The notes beneath the pieces were generated by a model. That model did not search any database. It saw nothing but the letters and a program-made list of their open reading frames with translations, and had not been told where the DNA came from. Made by a program: the position numbers and the translations under genes. Below are positions 34,609-44,474 of a stretch of DNA of 64,000 nt, one piece after another (the stretch's first letter is position 1; each line of letters begins with the position of its first letter). Origin of the DNA: Escherichia phage Ge15; the sequence record PP359696.1; one strand, given 5' to 3'.

Positions 34609-34904
34609 TTAAACTATCAGCAGTAATATTATCTATTGGTCTTCTAGTTGGTTGTTCGACAAAGCCTCTAGAAGTAAAGAAAGAAACAGTTCATCCTAAT
34701 TGGCCTGTACAAATAAAGTCATATGATGAAGCTAAACTATCTTGGCAAGTTAAAGTTATTGATGGTAAAGCTTGGGTCGGTATGCCATTTGAAGATTCCC
34801 AGGAATTTCGCATTTGGCTTAATGATGTAAAACGATATGTACATGATCAGAAAACTATGATATGTTATTATCGTCAAGAGTTAAAAGAGGATAAATGCAA
34901 ATGA
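34605..34904 (+). CDS. putative lipoprotein
   Basis: 99-aa ORF; signal peptide with lipobox LLVGC. Confidence 0.5.
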   Translation: MIKLSAVILSIGLLVGCSTKPLEVKKETVHPNWPVQIKSYDEAKLSWQVKVIDGKAWVGMPFEDSQEFRIWLNDVKRYVHDQKTMICYYRQELKEDKCK

Positions 34905-35125
34905 TTTCATGGCATCAATTTGAACATCTCAAAGGATTGATTTATGAATCCGAGATGGCTGCAATGATTTATGGACGCCAGATTCAACGGTTAGAATCTT
35001 TACCTCCAACTAATGATGTTTTATTAGCTCAATCTCGGGCTAATCTTAAAAATGAATACCAAAATAAGTGGGGTAAAGCATCTAAAGACCTGCATGATTA
35101 TATTCAATCATTGGTTGAGAAATAA
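34895..35125 (+). CDS. hypothetical protein
   Basis: 76-aa ORF. Confidence 0.45.
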   Translation: MQMISWHQFEHLKGLIYESEMAAMIYGRQIQRLESLPPTNDVLLAQSRANLKNEYQNKWGKASKDLHDYIQSLVEK

Positions 35126-35128
35126 TAA

Positions 35129-36353
<1,225 letters not shown>

Positions 36354-36354
<1 letters not shown>

Positions 36355-36551
36355 TGGCGTGGCATCATGAAACTTGGTCTATTGTTATTGTAAATAGTGG
36401 TTTAGTTGGTACTAGTAATGGACAATTTTGTGTATTCACTAGTGAAATCAGAGCTTGGGAGGAATGCCTTAAATTAAGAGAAAAGAATCCTGATGTTGAA
36501 CTAACAGTAAAGAAAACTAAACTGCCTTTACCATGGAAAACTTATGAATAA
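36354..36551 (+). CDS. hypothetical protein
   Basis: 65-aa ORF. Confidence 0.45.
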
Positions 36552-36744
36552 CATAGAAAAGATTTATCGACTTTGTGATAAAATTGAAAAAGAAAAGAAA
36601 TATCTATTTTGTTTATGGCCTATTGTTGATGGAAGAGTAGGCTTAGATGTTCTTGATTATGAAACAGAAGATAAAGTAGATGGTTCAACTTTTGATAATG
36701 CGTTGGATGTTATTGATTGGCTTGAAGAAAATTATGTGAGGTAA
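36544..36744 (+). CDS. hypothetical protein
   Basis: 66-aa ORF. Confidence 0.45.
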   Translation: MNNIEKIYRLCDKIEKEKKYLFCLWPIVDGRVGLDVLDYETEDKVDGSTFDNALDVIDWLEENYVR

Positions 36745-36746
36745 AT

Positions 36747-37022
36747 ATGTTTCCAACTTATTCTAAAATCGTAGAAGTAGTGTTTAGCCAAATTATTGCT
36801 AATAATATGTTTGAAAAGCTTGATAATGCAGCTGAGCTTCGAATTCATGCTCAAGTGACTCATGTATTGAATACTTTGCTTCCAGACCAGGTGGATTCTA
36901 TTGCAATTACTCTGTATCCAGGTTCTGCTCATATTATTGTCGTATTCGGTCTTGATGCTGAGCTAGTCATCAAAGGCGATATTCGCTTTGAATCACAGAC
37001 ATCAGAATTCAAAGCAATTTAA
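36747..37022 (+). CDS. hypothetical protein
   Basis: 91-aa ORF. Confidence 0.45.
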   Translation: MFPTYSKIVEVVFSQIIANNMFEKLDNAAELRIHAQVTHVLNTLLPDQVDSIAITLYPGSAHIIVVFGLDAELVIKGDIRFESQTSEFKAI

Positions 37023-37024
37023 TA

Positions 37025-37053
37025 GTTTACTTTACGGTAGAGTTGTGATATTA
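37025..37053 (+). promoter_or_regulatory. T4-type early promoter
   Basis: gtttac 37025-37030, tattat 37048-37053. Confidence 0.45.
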
Positions 37054-37084
37054 TAGCTCTACCAAAACAAATGAGGAAATTGAA

Positions 37085-37612
37085 ATGAGCGAATGGTTTG
37101 AAGAAGATAAGGTTTATCGCTTTAAAGCTGGATATAAAGATATTTTTAATGAAACTTGTGGGGCTAATAAACGAATTGCTCAGTTTATTGGGGAAAATTC
37201 ATTTAAAGTAAAAATAGATCCTGCGAAAAATGTTATTAGCATTAAACGCGAAATTGACGATTGCTGGTATAAAGCTGTTGATGTAATGGGCGAATCTTAT
37301 AAAGAAAGCCCGCTATTTTCAATTACTTATATGTCAGAATATTATTTTTTCGAAGAAGTTCAAAAAGATGACTCTATCAGTAAATTTGAAATTAAAACTG
37401 ATAAAGAAATTAAGTGGAAAGTAGTAGGTATTACTGGTTGTATGTTTTATATCTATGCTCAAACTGATACGAAGGAAGAAGCTAAAAAGAAAGCTCTAGA
37501 ATATCTTGAAGAGTATGAAGAAGGCCCGGTAATGATTACCCAAGATGCCGAATTAGTTTCTGTCAAATTAGTTAAAAACGTTGAAAGTAAGGAGCTGGGA
37601 TCAACATGCTAA
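37085..37612 (+). CDS. hypothetical protein
   Basis: 175-aa ORF with RBS gagg. Confidence 0.5.
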   Translation: MSEWFEEDKVYRFKAGYKDIFNETCGANKRIAQFIGENSFKVKIDPAKNVISIKREIDDCWYKAVDVMGESYKESPLFSITYMSEYYFFEEVQKDDSISKFEIKTDKEIKWKVVGITGCMFYIYAQTDTKEEAKKKALEYLEEYEEGPVMITQDAELVSVKLVKNVESKELGSTC

Positions 37613-37842
37613 GTGAAAAACCAATTACTACTAAAGAATTCCAAGAAAAAGTTAAACTATTTGCTCAGGAATTGGTAAATAAGGTTTCTGAACGATTTCC
37701 TGAAACATCGGTTCGTGTTATTACCGAAACTCCTCGTTCAGTATTAGTAATTGTGAATCCAGGTGATGGTGACCAAATAACACATCTTAAACTGGATTTT
37801 GATGGATTAGTTGAAGCACAAAGGGTGTATGGCGTACTATGA
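37606..37842 (+). CDS. hypothetical protein
   Basis: 78-aa ORF. Confidence 0.45.
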   Translation: MLSEKPITTKEFQEKVKLFAQELVNKVSERFPETSVRVITETPRSVLVIVNPGDGDQITHLKLDFDGLVEAQRVYGVL

Positions 37843-38177
37843 TGAATTTAACTGATATAATTGATAATTGTCTTGAAAATGATACTGGCGATCATAGAGC
37901 GCTTGATTCTGAAACAGCACAGTTCATTAGAATAACTTTAATGAACGATACTCTGGTGAACAGTATTCATCCTTCTGTGTATGATGCTATTATTGTGACG
38001 AAGTATCCTGTTGAGCTTCACAAAAAGATGGCTGGTGCAATTTTTATTGATAAGAAAAACCGCTTTAAAGATGGGCAGAATATAATTAGTTCTGTTATTA
38101 AAAGTATAACTAAACTTCGTCACGAAATTTATCGTGTTGAAACTGCTAAATCTGCTTATCTGGTGATTATGAAATGA
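37839..38177 (+). CDS. hypothetical protein
   Basis: 112-aa ORF. Confidence 0.45.
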   Translation: MMNLTDIIDNCLENDTGDHRALDSETAQFIRITLMNDTLVNSIHPSVYDAIIVTKYPVELHKKMAGAIFIDKKNRFKDGQNIISSVIKSITKLRHEIYRVETAKSAYLVIMK

Positions 38178-38755
38178 AAGCGAGTACAGTACTTCAAATT
38201 GCATATTTAGTATCACAAGAATCAAAGTGTTGCTCCTGGAAGGTAGGAGCAGTAATTGAAAAGAATGGACGTATTATTTCTACCGGATATAATGGTTCAC
38301 CTGCCGGGGGTGTGAATTGCTGCGATTATGCTGCTGAGCAAGGTTGGTTGCTGAATAAGCCTAAACATACTATCATTCAAGGTCATAAGCCTGAATGTGT
38401 ATCATTTGGTTCAACTGATCGTTTTGTCTTGGCGAAAGAACATCGTAGTGCTCACTCTGAATGGTCGTCTAAAAATGAAATTCATGCTGAACTAAATGCG
38501 ATTTTGTTTGCTGCGAGAAATGGTTCTTCAATTGAAGGTGCTACTATGTATGTAACACTTTCTCCTTGCCCAGATTGTGCAAAAGCGATAGCTCAATCTG
38601 GTATTAAAAAGCTGGTTTATTGCGAAACATACGATAAGAATAAACCTGGCTGGGATGATATTCTGCGAAATGCGGGTATTGAAGTGTTTAATGTTCCTAA
38701 GAAAAACTTGAATAAGTTAAATTGGGAAAATATCAACGAATTCTGTGGTGAATAA
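38174..38755 (+). CDS. cd: dCMP deaminase
   Basis: 193-aa ORF; HAE...PCxxC zinc-binding deaminase motifs; matches T4 Cd. Confidence 0.9.
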   Translation: MKASTVLQIAYLVSQESKCCSWKVGAVIEKNGRIISTGYNGSPAGGVNCCDYAAEQGWLLNKPKHTIIQGHKPECVSFGSTDRFVLAKEHRSAHSEWSSKNEIHAELNAILFAARNGSSIEGATMYVTLSPCPDCAKAIAQSGIKKLVYCETYDKNKPGWDDILRNAGIEVFNVPKKNLNKLNWENINEFCGE

Positions 38756-38991
38756 TGAAATTTCGTTTGGTACAGCTCACAGCAATTAGTTCTTATTCTA
38801 ACGAGAACATTTCATTTGCTGTAGAGTATAAGAAGTATTTTTTCTCTAAATGGAAACAGTATTATAAGTCAGAATGGGTTTGTATTGATAGGCCGTATAG
38901 TTGGAAATCTGATTTAGAAAAATGCCAAAAGTTGCTTTCCACTCTTAAAGAACGTGGAACAACTCATATTAAAACTGTAATAGGTAAATAA
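38755..38991 (+). CDS. hypothetical protein
   Basis: 78-aa ORF. Confidence 0.45.
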   Translation: MKFRLVQLTAISSYSNENISFAVEYKKYFFSKWKQYYKSEWVCIDRPYSWKSDLEKCQKLLSTLKERGTTHIKTVIGK

Positions 38992-39300
38992 ATGAAATTG
39001 ACGACTGAACAAAAAGTAGCAATTCGTGAAATTTTGAAAACTAAATTGTCCATGGGTATTTCAAACGTAGTTTTTGAAAAGTCTGATGGTACTATTCGTA
39101 CTATGAAAGGTACTCGTGATGCAGACTTTATGCCAACCATGCAAACCGGTAAATTGACTGAATCTGCTCGGAAAGAATCTACTGATATGATTCCAGTATT
39201 TGATGTTGAGCTTGGTGCATGGCGAGGTTTTTCTATTGACAAATTGATTTCCGTTAATGGTATGAAAGTTGAGCATTTGCTTCAATTTATTGGTAAATAA
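38992..39300 (+). CDS. hypothetical protein
   Basis: 102-aa ORF. Confidence 0.5.
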   Translation: MKLTTEQKVAIREILKTKLSMGISNVVFEKSDGTIRTMKGTRDADFMPTMQTGKLTESARKESTDMIPVFDVELGAWRGFSIDKLISVNGMKVEHLLQFIGK

Positions 39301-39356
39301 ATGCTTTAAGAATTATTTGTTATTATTAATTCATCTGTTAACAAAAAGGAAAAACG

Positions 39357-39692
39357 ATGTCTGAAGTACAACAGCTACCAATTCGTGCTGTCGGTGAATA
39401 TGTTATTTTAGTTTCTGAACCTGCGCAAGCCGGTGATGAAGAAGTTACAGAATCAGGACTTATTATCGGTAAACGTGTCCAAGGTGAAGTTCCTGAACTG
39501 TGTGTAGTTCACTCTGTTGGTCCTGATGTTCCTGAAGGTTTCTGCGAAGTTGGTGATTTGACTTCTCTTCCAGTTGGTCAAATTCGAAACGTTCCGCATC
39601 CTTTTGTAGCTCTGGGTCTTAAGCAGCCAAAAGAAATTAAACAAAAATTCGTTACTTGTCACTATAAAGCTATTCCGTGTCTTTATAAGTGA
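39357..39692 (+). CDS. 31: co-chaperonin gp31 (GroES-like)
   Basis: 111-aa ORF matching T4 gp31. Confidence 0.9.
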
Positions 39693-39818
39693 TATAAATA
39701 ATAATATGAATTGAGTTTCAATTCTATGTGGTAGTCTACAACTGAGAGATCTGTCGAAAGAAGATGAAATTCAGAAGAACGTGACTACCGAGTTTTAATC
39801 TCTAACGAGAATTTTTAA

Positions 39819-40067
39819 ATGATTAAACAATTACAACACGCTCTTGAACTGCAACGAAACGCATGGAATAATGGTCACGAAAACTATGGTGCATCTATTG
39901 ATGTTGAAGCCGAAGCTCTTGAAATCCTGAGTTATTTCAAACATCTGAATCCTGCTCAAACTGCATTAGCTGCTGAGCTTCAGGAAAAAGATGAACTTAA
40001 ATATGCTAAGCCACTGGCTTCTGCTGCACGAAAAGCAGTTCGTCACTTTGTGGTAACACTGAAGTAA
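39819..40067 (+). CDS. rIII: rIII lysis-inhibition accessory protein
   Basis: 82-aa ORF; length and position after gene 31 match T4 rIII. Confidence 0.75.
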   Translation: MIKQLQHALELQRNAWNNGHENYGASIDVEAEALEILSYFKHLNPAQTALAAELQEKDELKYAKPLASAARKAVRHFVVTLK

Positions 40068-40465
40068 TTTATTGGAGAGTCACTGCCTTAGTGTGAAGTT
40101 AAAACGAGGAGCCGTCGAACTGTCTGATTAATGATTTGCGAATCATTATAGTTTTAAGACCCCGGCAGTTTTACGGTGTACCTCTTGAATGTTATTCTTA
40201 TAGCGGCAAGTGCATGCTACCCCGAGGTGATGGCCAATCGGGAGTACGCCTCAAGGCCTATATATCCATCAGTATATATCTTATCCTCGAGAAATCGAAC
40301 CCGGAACCTTTAAGCTAACGGTGTGCAACAGATAAGAGCTATAAGGTATGATGACGGGTTTATGGTTATCCTGGTCGTTAAATATTCAAAAACCTATGTT
40401 CCCCTTGAGGGCTTGCGCAGGCAATGCCAATAAGTCCTGCATTTTCATTTAAAAGAGAATTTATA

Positions 40466-40642
40466 ATGGCAAAACAAGCTAAAGCAAAGAAAGCAGTTGA
40501 AAAGAAAGTTGGTGATTCTAAACGCGCTGGCTACAAGCGTGGGTCGAACTCTCGTATCAATCAAACTGTTGAGAAGATCATGCGCCGAGCACGTGCGGTT
40601 CTTCGAGATGATGCTTCTCGTTTTGGTAAGCAGAAAGCATAA
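40466..40642 (+). CDS. small basic protein (30.9 position)
   Basis: 58-aa Lys/Arg-rich ORF from MAKQAKAKK; followed by terminator. Confidence 0.5.
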   Translation: MAKQAKAKKAVEKKVGDSKRAGYKRGSNSRINQTVEKIMRRARAVLRDDASRFGKQKA

Positions 40643-40647
40643 GTTGA

Positions 40648-40672
40648 GGACTCCTTCGGGAGTCCTTTTTTA
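40648..40672 (+). terminator. rho-independent terminator
   Basis: aggactccttcgggagtcct stem then T-run. Confidence 0.6.
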
Positions 40673-40695
40673 TTTTCCAAAGATTGCACAAAGTT

Positions 40696-40728
40696 GTTTA
40701 CAGTATAGTTCCTTTGTGATAGTATTAT
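40696..40728 (+). promoter_or_regulatory. T4-type early promoter
   Basis: gtttac 40696-40701; tagtattat -10 region. Confidence 0.5.
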
Positions 40729-40752
40729 TTTACACAAACAAAGGAGAATAAA

Positions 40753-41121
40753 ATGAAAATCAATCTTAACTCATACATCAAAGGTAAAGATCACGACGGC
40801 TATAAAGCTATCGAAACTAAAGAACTTCAGTGGCATTTATATAAAGAACAATTTGAATTCGTAGGTTGCATGACTCCTGAAGGTCCTTCTGATGATTTCT
40901 CTTGGAAAATAATGTTAACTAACTTTTTTACTGGAGATACATACGAATTAAAAACTTTGATTCTTGGTAAAATTCGCTGTGAGACTTATGAAGATAAAGA
41001 AACTGGTTATTCTGAAGATGTTACATGGTATCAAAATGGTCGTATTACCGCTGATCTTTTGATTGAAAAAATGAAAGCCAAAGGTGAATTAAATTTAGAT
41101 AATTGGATTAAAGTTGCATAA
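40753..41121 (+). CDS. hypothetical protein
   Basis: 122-aa ORF with RBS aaggag. Confidence 0.55.
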   Translation: MKINLNSYIKGKDHDGYKAIETKELQWHLYKEQFEFVGCMTPEGPSDDFSWKIMLTNFFTGDTYELKTLILGKIRCETYEDKETGYSEDVTWYQNGRITADLLIEKMKAKGELNLDNWIKVA

Positions 41122-41125
41122 AATA

Positions 41126-41154
41126 GTTTACTTTGGTACAGGATATGATATTAT
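41126..41154 (+). promoter_or_regulatory. T4-type early promoter
   Basis: gtttac 41126-41131, tattat 41149-41154. Confidence 0.45.
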
Positions 41155-41191
41155 ATACCTGTACCGCAATTAAACATCTCGGAGAATAAAA

Positions 41192-41557
41192 ATGAACTAC
41201 ATCAACTTTGAACGTAAATATGTTTCTAACGGTATTGCAGGTTCTATTGATACTATCTGCCTTTGGAAACATCAAAATGGATCAGTATGCGAAATTGAAC
41301 AGTATATGACTCCTAACTACGTTTATATGCGATTTGAAAATGGCATCACGGTTTCAATCACGAAAGAAGGTTCTTCTTTTAAAATCGCTTTAGATGATGA
41401 TTTTCGTCAACGCGATTTAGGGACTCATCCTTGCTGGAATGGCGTCAATCGTAAGCTTCTGGTTAAAACTTGGATTCGTCATATTTTGAGTAACAGAGCT
41501 AAACCTGAGCATCTTGAAGCAATCTTTGATGTAGTTCTTAACGAATTTGATATTTAA
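41192..41557 (+). CDS. hypothetical protein
   Basis: 121-aa ORF with RBS ggag. Confidence 0.55.
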   Translation: MNYINFERKYVSNGIAGSIDTICLWKHQNGSVCEIEQYMTPNYVYMRFENGITVSITKEGSSFKIALDDDFRQRDLGTHPCWNGVNRKLLVKTWIRHILSNRAKPEHLEAIFDVVLNEFDI

Positions 41558-41567
41558 AATAAAATGA

Positions 41568-41581
41568 GGGGCTTCGGCCCC
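41568..41581 (+). terminator. hairpin ggggcttcggcccc
   Basis: GC stem with ttcg loop. Confidence 0.5.
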
Positions 41582-41598
41582 TTACTGAGGAAAATACT

Positions 41599-41886
41599 AT
41601 GTTTATGACTACTTATTTTGATACCCGTAAAAATTTCTGTGAAGTGGTTTTCTCAAAGGCGCCTAAAGACCTTCCTGCTCATTTGCAACCTACTAGTGAA
41701 TCGATTAAAAACTATGTTAATGTAGTCTGCCCTTTAGAGTTCCGTACAGTAAATGGGCGCGATACTTTAGCTATCACTAAACTTAATCGTGAAATTGACA
41801 TTGACCCTTCAATTGCGCGTGAAATTAACATTTCTGATATTGGCGGCGGTAATGTTAAATCGCATGGTTTTCAGATGAGGTTCTAA
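41599..41886 (+). CDS. hypothetical protein
   Basis: 95-aa ORF with RBS gagg. Confidence 0.5.
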   Translation: MFMTTYFDTRKNFCEVVFSKAPKDLPAHLQPTSESIKNYVNVVCPLEFRTVNGRDTLAITKLNREIDIDPSIAREINISDIGGGNVKSHGFQMRF

Positions 41887-42083
41887 TGAAATTCTTTTTG
41901 GGTCAAACTGTTGAATTAAAGGGAGTTGGTATACCTGGATTAATTTCTAAGGTTCTACCTCCATTTAAATGGAGTGGTATTCAAATAAAAGAGGCTTATA
42001 TTGTTTCCTGGGTAGATGGAAATGAAGACCTTCGTATGGGTGATGAATTATCTCCTATCTATGGATTAAAGGAATTAATATGA
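41886..42083 (+). CDS. hypothetical protein
   Basis: 65-aa ORF. Confidence 0.45.
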   Translation: MKFFLGQTVELKGVGIPGLISKVLPPFKWSGIQIKEAYIVSWVDGNEDLRMGDELSPIYGLKELI

Positions 42084-42286
42084 ATATAATTAATAAGATT
42101 TTTGGAATTCAGTACATTAAGGTTACATATAAAGTAACGTATAAAGGTCCGTATACCGATGAACATGAAGAGCCACAAGTTCAGTCTATTATATTAGAAA
42201 AGGACCCTAACTGGCCAGTTGAATTTCGTCTTCCTTGCTATGGTCATTGGGCTGATGTTGAAATTATAAGTATTGAAAATGTCTGA
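42080..42286 (+). CDS. hypothetical protein
   Basis: 68-aa ORF. Confidence 0.45.
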   Translation: MNIINKIFGIQYIKVTYKVTYKGPYTDEHEEPQVQSIILEKDPNWPVEFRLPCYGHWADVEIISIENV

Positions 42287-42737
42287 GTTAGAGATAAGAA
42301 GCAATTTTAGATGGCCATCATGTGCATTAAGTAATTTCGCCCAATGGCCTTTTGTTATGGATGGTATCCAATTTGGAGGTCTCGAAGGATTCCTCCAAGG
42401 ATGCAAGGTGAAAAATGTTGAACAACAGCGTCGTATATTTGGGTTATCCGGGCTTGCCGCCCAACAAGCTGGAAGGTCTTATGCTAGAGCTCAGGACCGT
42501 GGGACCCTCTTCTGGCTTGGAGTTCCGTTTTCAAGATACTCCCCAGCGTGGAAAGAATTATACACAAATGCATATTTTGAAGCAGCGTTCCAAAACAAGG
42601 GCTTTCGCGATGCATTACAAGCCTCGAAAGGAAAAGTTTTGAAGCACAGCATGGCTAGTGGTCTAACAAAAGATGATACAATACTAACCGAAGCTGAATT
42701 TATTGATGTGTTAAACCTATTAAGAGACTCTCTATGA
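42273..42737 (+). CDS. YbiA/NADAR (DUF1768)-like protein, 30.3-like
   Basis: motif SNFAQWPFVMDGIQFGGLEGFLQGCKV parallels YbiA FSNFAAWP..DG...SEHYFQAQK; locally higher GC. Confidence 0.6.
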   Translation: MKMSELEIRSNFRWPSCALSNFAQWPFVMDGIQFGGLEGFLQGCKVKNVEQQRRIFGLSGLAAQQAGRSYARAQDRGTLFWLGVPFSRYSPAWKELYTNAYFEAAFQNKGFRDALQASKGKVLKHSMASGLTKDDTILTEAEFIDVLNLLRDSL

Positions 42738-43597
42738 AGCCTACTATTTTGACTGATATTGATGGAGTATGTTTAAGCTGGCAATCAGGCCTTCCTTATT
42801 TTGCTCAGAAATATAATCTTCCGTTAGAACATATTTTAAAAATGATCCAAGATGAGAAATTTATTTCTCCGGGTAAACTCTTTAATTGTGATGAAGAACT
42901 TGGTGTCAAGTTAATTGAAAAATATAATCGATCAGATTTTATTCGTTATTTGTCTCCATATAAAGATGCACTGTGTGTAATTAACAAATTAAAAGAAGAT
43001 TATAATTTTGTAGCTGTTACAGCATTGGGTGATTCTATTGACGCTCTGTTGAATCGTCAATTTAATTTGAATGCTCTTTTTCCTGGTGCCTTCTCAGAAG
43101 TAATGATGTGTGGTCATGATTCTTCAAAAGAAGAGTTATTCAAAAAGGCAAAAGAGAAATATAACGTAATTTGTTATATTGACGATCTCGCTCACCATTG
43201 CGATCATGCGAGTGAAATATTAAATGTTCCTGTTTATTGGATGGCGCGAGGAGAGCGTGACAATATTCCAAAAACCGCTCAGCGAGTTTATACATGGAAT
43301 GATGTAGAAAATAAGCTTTTTTCGCCGAAGGAAAATAAAGAAAGTTTTGATAATGAAAAAGCTATAAAAGATGTAATTGAGAAGATGGTTAAAAACGATT
43401 CTTTTCGTTGGAACACTACCTGGAGAACTCCTGGATTTAATCCGTATAATCCATATTATACACATCCATATAATCCATATTATACACACCCGTATCATAT
43501 GAATCCATTCCATACGTGGAGTTATACTAAGCCTGGTGATGCAGGGTATTTTAATAGATTTACTAGTGGTGATAATATTTTCCAAGGAGCATTCTAA
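42734..43597 (+). CDS. HAD-like hydrolase with C-terminal Tyr/Pro/His-rich repeats, 30.2-like
   Basis: N-terminal ILTDIDGV (DxDG HAD motif I); C-terminal NPYNPYYTHPYNPYYTHPYHMNPFH repeats. Confidence 0.6.
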   Translation: MKPTILTDIDGVCLSWQSGLPYFAQKYNLPLEHILKMIQDEKFISPGKLFNCDEELGVKLIEKYNRSDFIRYLSPYKDALCVINKLKEDYNFVAVTALGDSIDALLNRQFNLNALFPGAFSEVMMCGHDSSKEELFKKAKEKYNVICYIDDLAHHCDHASEILNVPVYWMARGERDNIPKTAQRVYTWNDVENKLFSPKENKESFDNEKAIKDVIEKMVKNDSFRWNTTWRTPGFNPYNPYYTHPYNPYYTHPYHMNPFHTWSYTKPGDAGYFNRFTSGDNIFQGAF

Positions 43598-43644
43598 TGT
43601 TTGTCGTTCACACTATTTATGAAAATGAAGGTAATACTACACGT
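43232..43644 (+). repeat. 413-bp direct repeat, copy 1 (3' end of 30.2-like gene plus first 48 bp of 30.1-like gene)
   Basis: identical to 45617-46029 by direct comparison. Confidence 0.9.
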
Positions 43645-44017
43645 CCGTATAATCCATATTATACACATCCATATAATCCATAATTTAATCCGTATAATCC
43701 ATATTATACACATCCTATAAAAAATTAAAATTAACCACAATAAGCGAATTGATTAAAAATATTTATTGTTCATTATCCGTCAGTAATCATCCCGGGCAAA
43801 TGCCCGGGAATTATTCTAGGATTATTTTCTTTGTTAAAAAAGACAAACGGTATTAACTGATGTATTTACTATTTACCGCTCCCTGCAGGGGGGATTATCA
43901 GAATCCGCGGTTATTCATTATTTATATACATTCAATAAAAAAGTAACCTCATAAAAAATCCTGTACTCACAGGGTGATGCGGGATAACTGACGTAAGGAG
44001 TGCTGCAGGGATTTGAT
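43645..44017. other. left arm of inserted block: scrambled phage micro-repeats then unique AT-rich DNA with GC palindromes
   Basis: 43645-43680 repeats 43442-43477, 43684-43715 repeats 43436-43467; then cccgggcaaatgcccggg, ctgcagggggg, ccgcgg. Confidence 0.6.
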
Positions 44018-44108
44018 TAGACTGGCCCCCTGAATCTCCAGACAACCAATATCACTTAAATAAGTGATAGTCTTAATACTAGTTTTTAGACTAGTCATTG
44101 GAGAACAG

Positions 44109-44474
44109 ATGATTGATGTCTTAGGGCCGGAGAAACGCAGACGGCGTACCACACAGGAAAAGATCGCAATTGTTCAGCAGAGCTTTGAACCGGGGATGAC
44201 GGTCTCCCTCGTTGCCCGGCAACATGGTGTAGCAGCCAGCCAGTTATTTCTCTGGCGTAAGCAATACCAGGAAGGAAGTCTTACTGCTGTCGCCGCCGGA
44301 GAACAGGTTGTTCCTGCCTCTGAACTTGCTGCCGCCATGAAGCAGATTAAAGAACTCCAGCGCCTGCTCGGCAAGAAAACGATGGAAAATGAACTCCTCA
44401 AAGAAGCCGTTGAATATGGACGGGCAAAAAAGTGGATAGCGCACGCGCCCTTATTGCCCGGGGATGGGGAGTAA
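44109..44474 (+). CDS. insC: IS2 InsC (orfA, HTH regulator/transposase N-terminus)
   Basis: 121-aa [29 protein letters not shown]... with A6G slippery site at 44426-44432. Confidence 0.85.

Noticed and set aside
40136-40318. 60-codon ORF inside the GC-rich island
   Set aside because: No RBS, arginine/proline-rich low-complexity translation, composition unlike neighbouring genes.
40068-40423. Possible tRNA or CRISPR-like element in the GC-rich island
   Set aside because: A tcgaacc motif resembles a T-loop on the - strand, but no acceptor/D/anticodon cloverleaf can be built around it and there are no regularly spaced repeats; kept only as an unclassified structured region.
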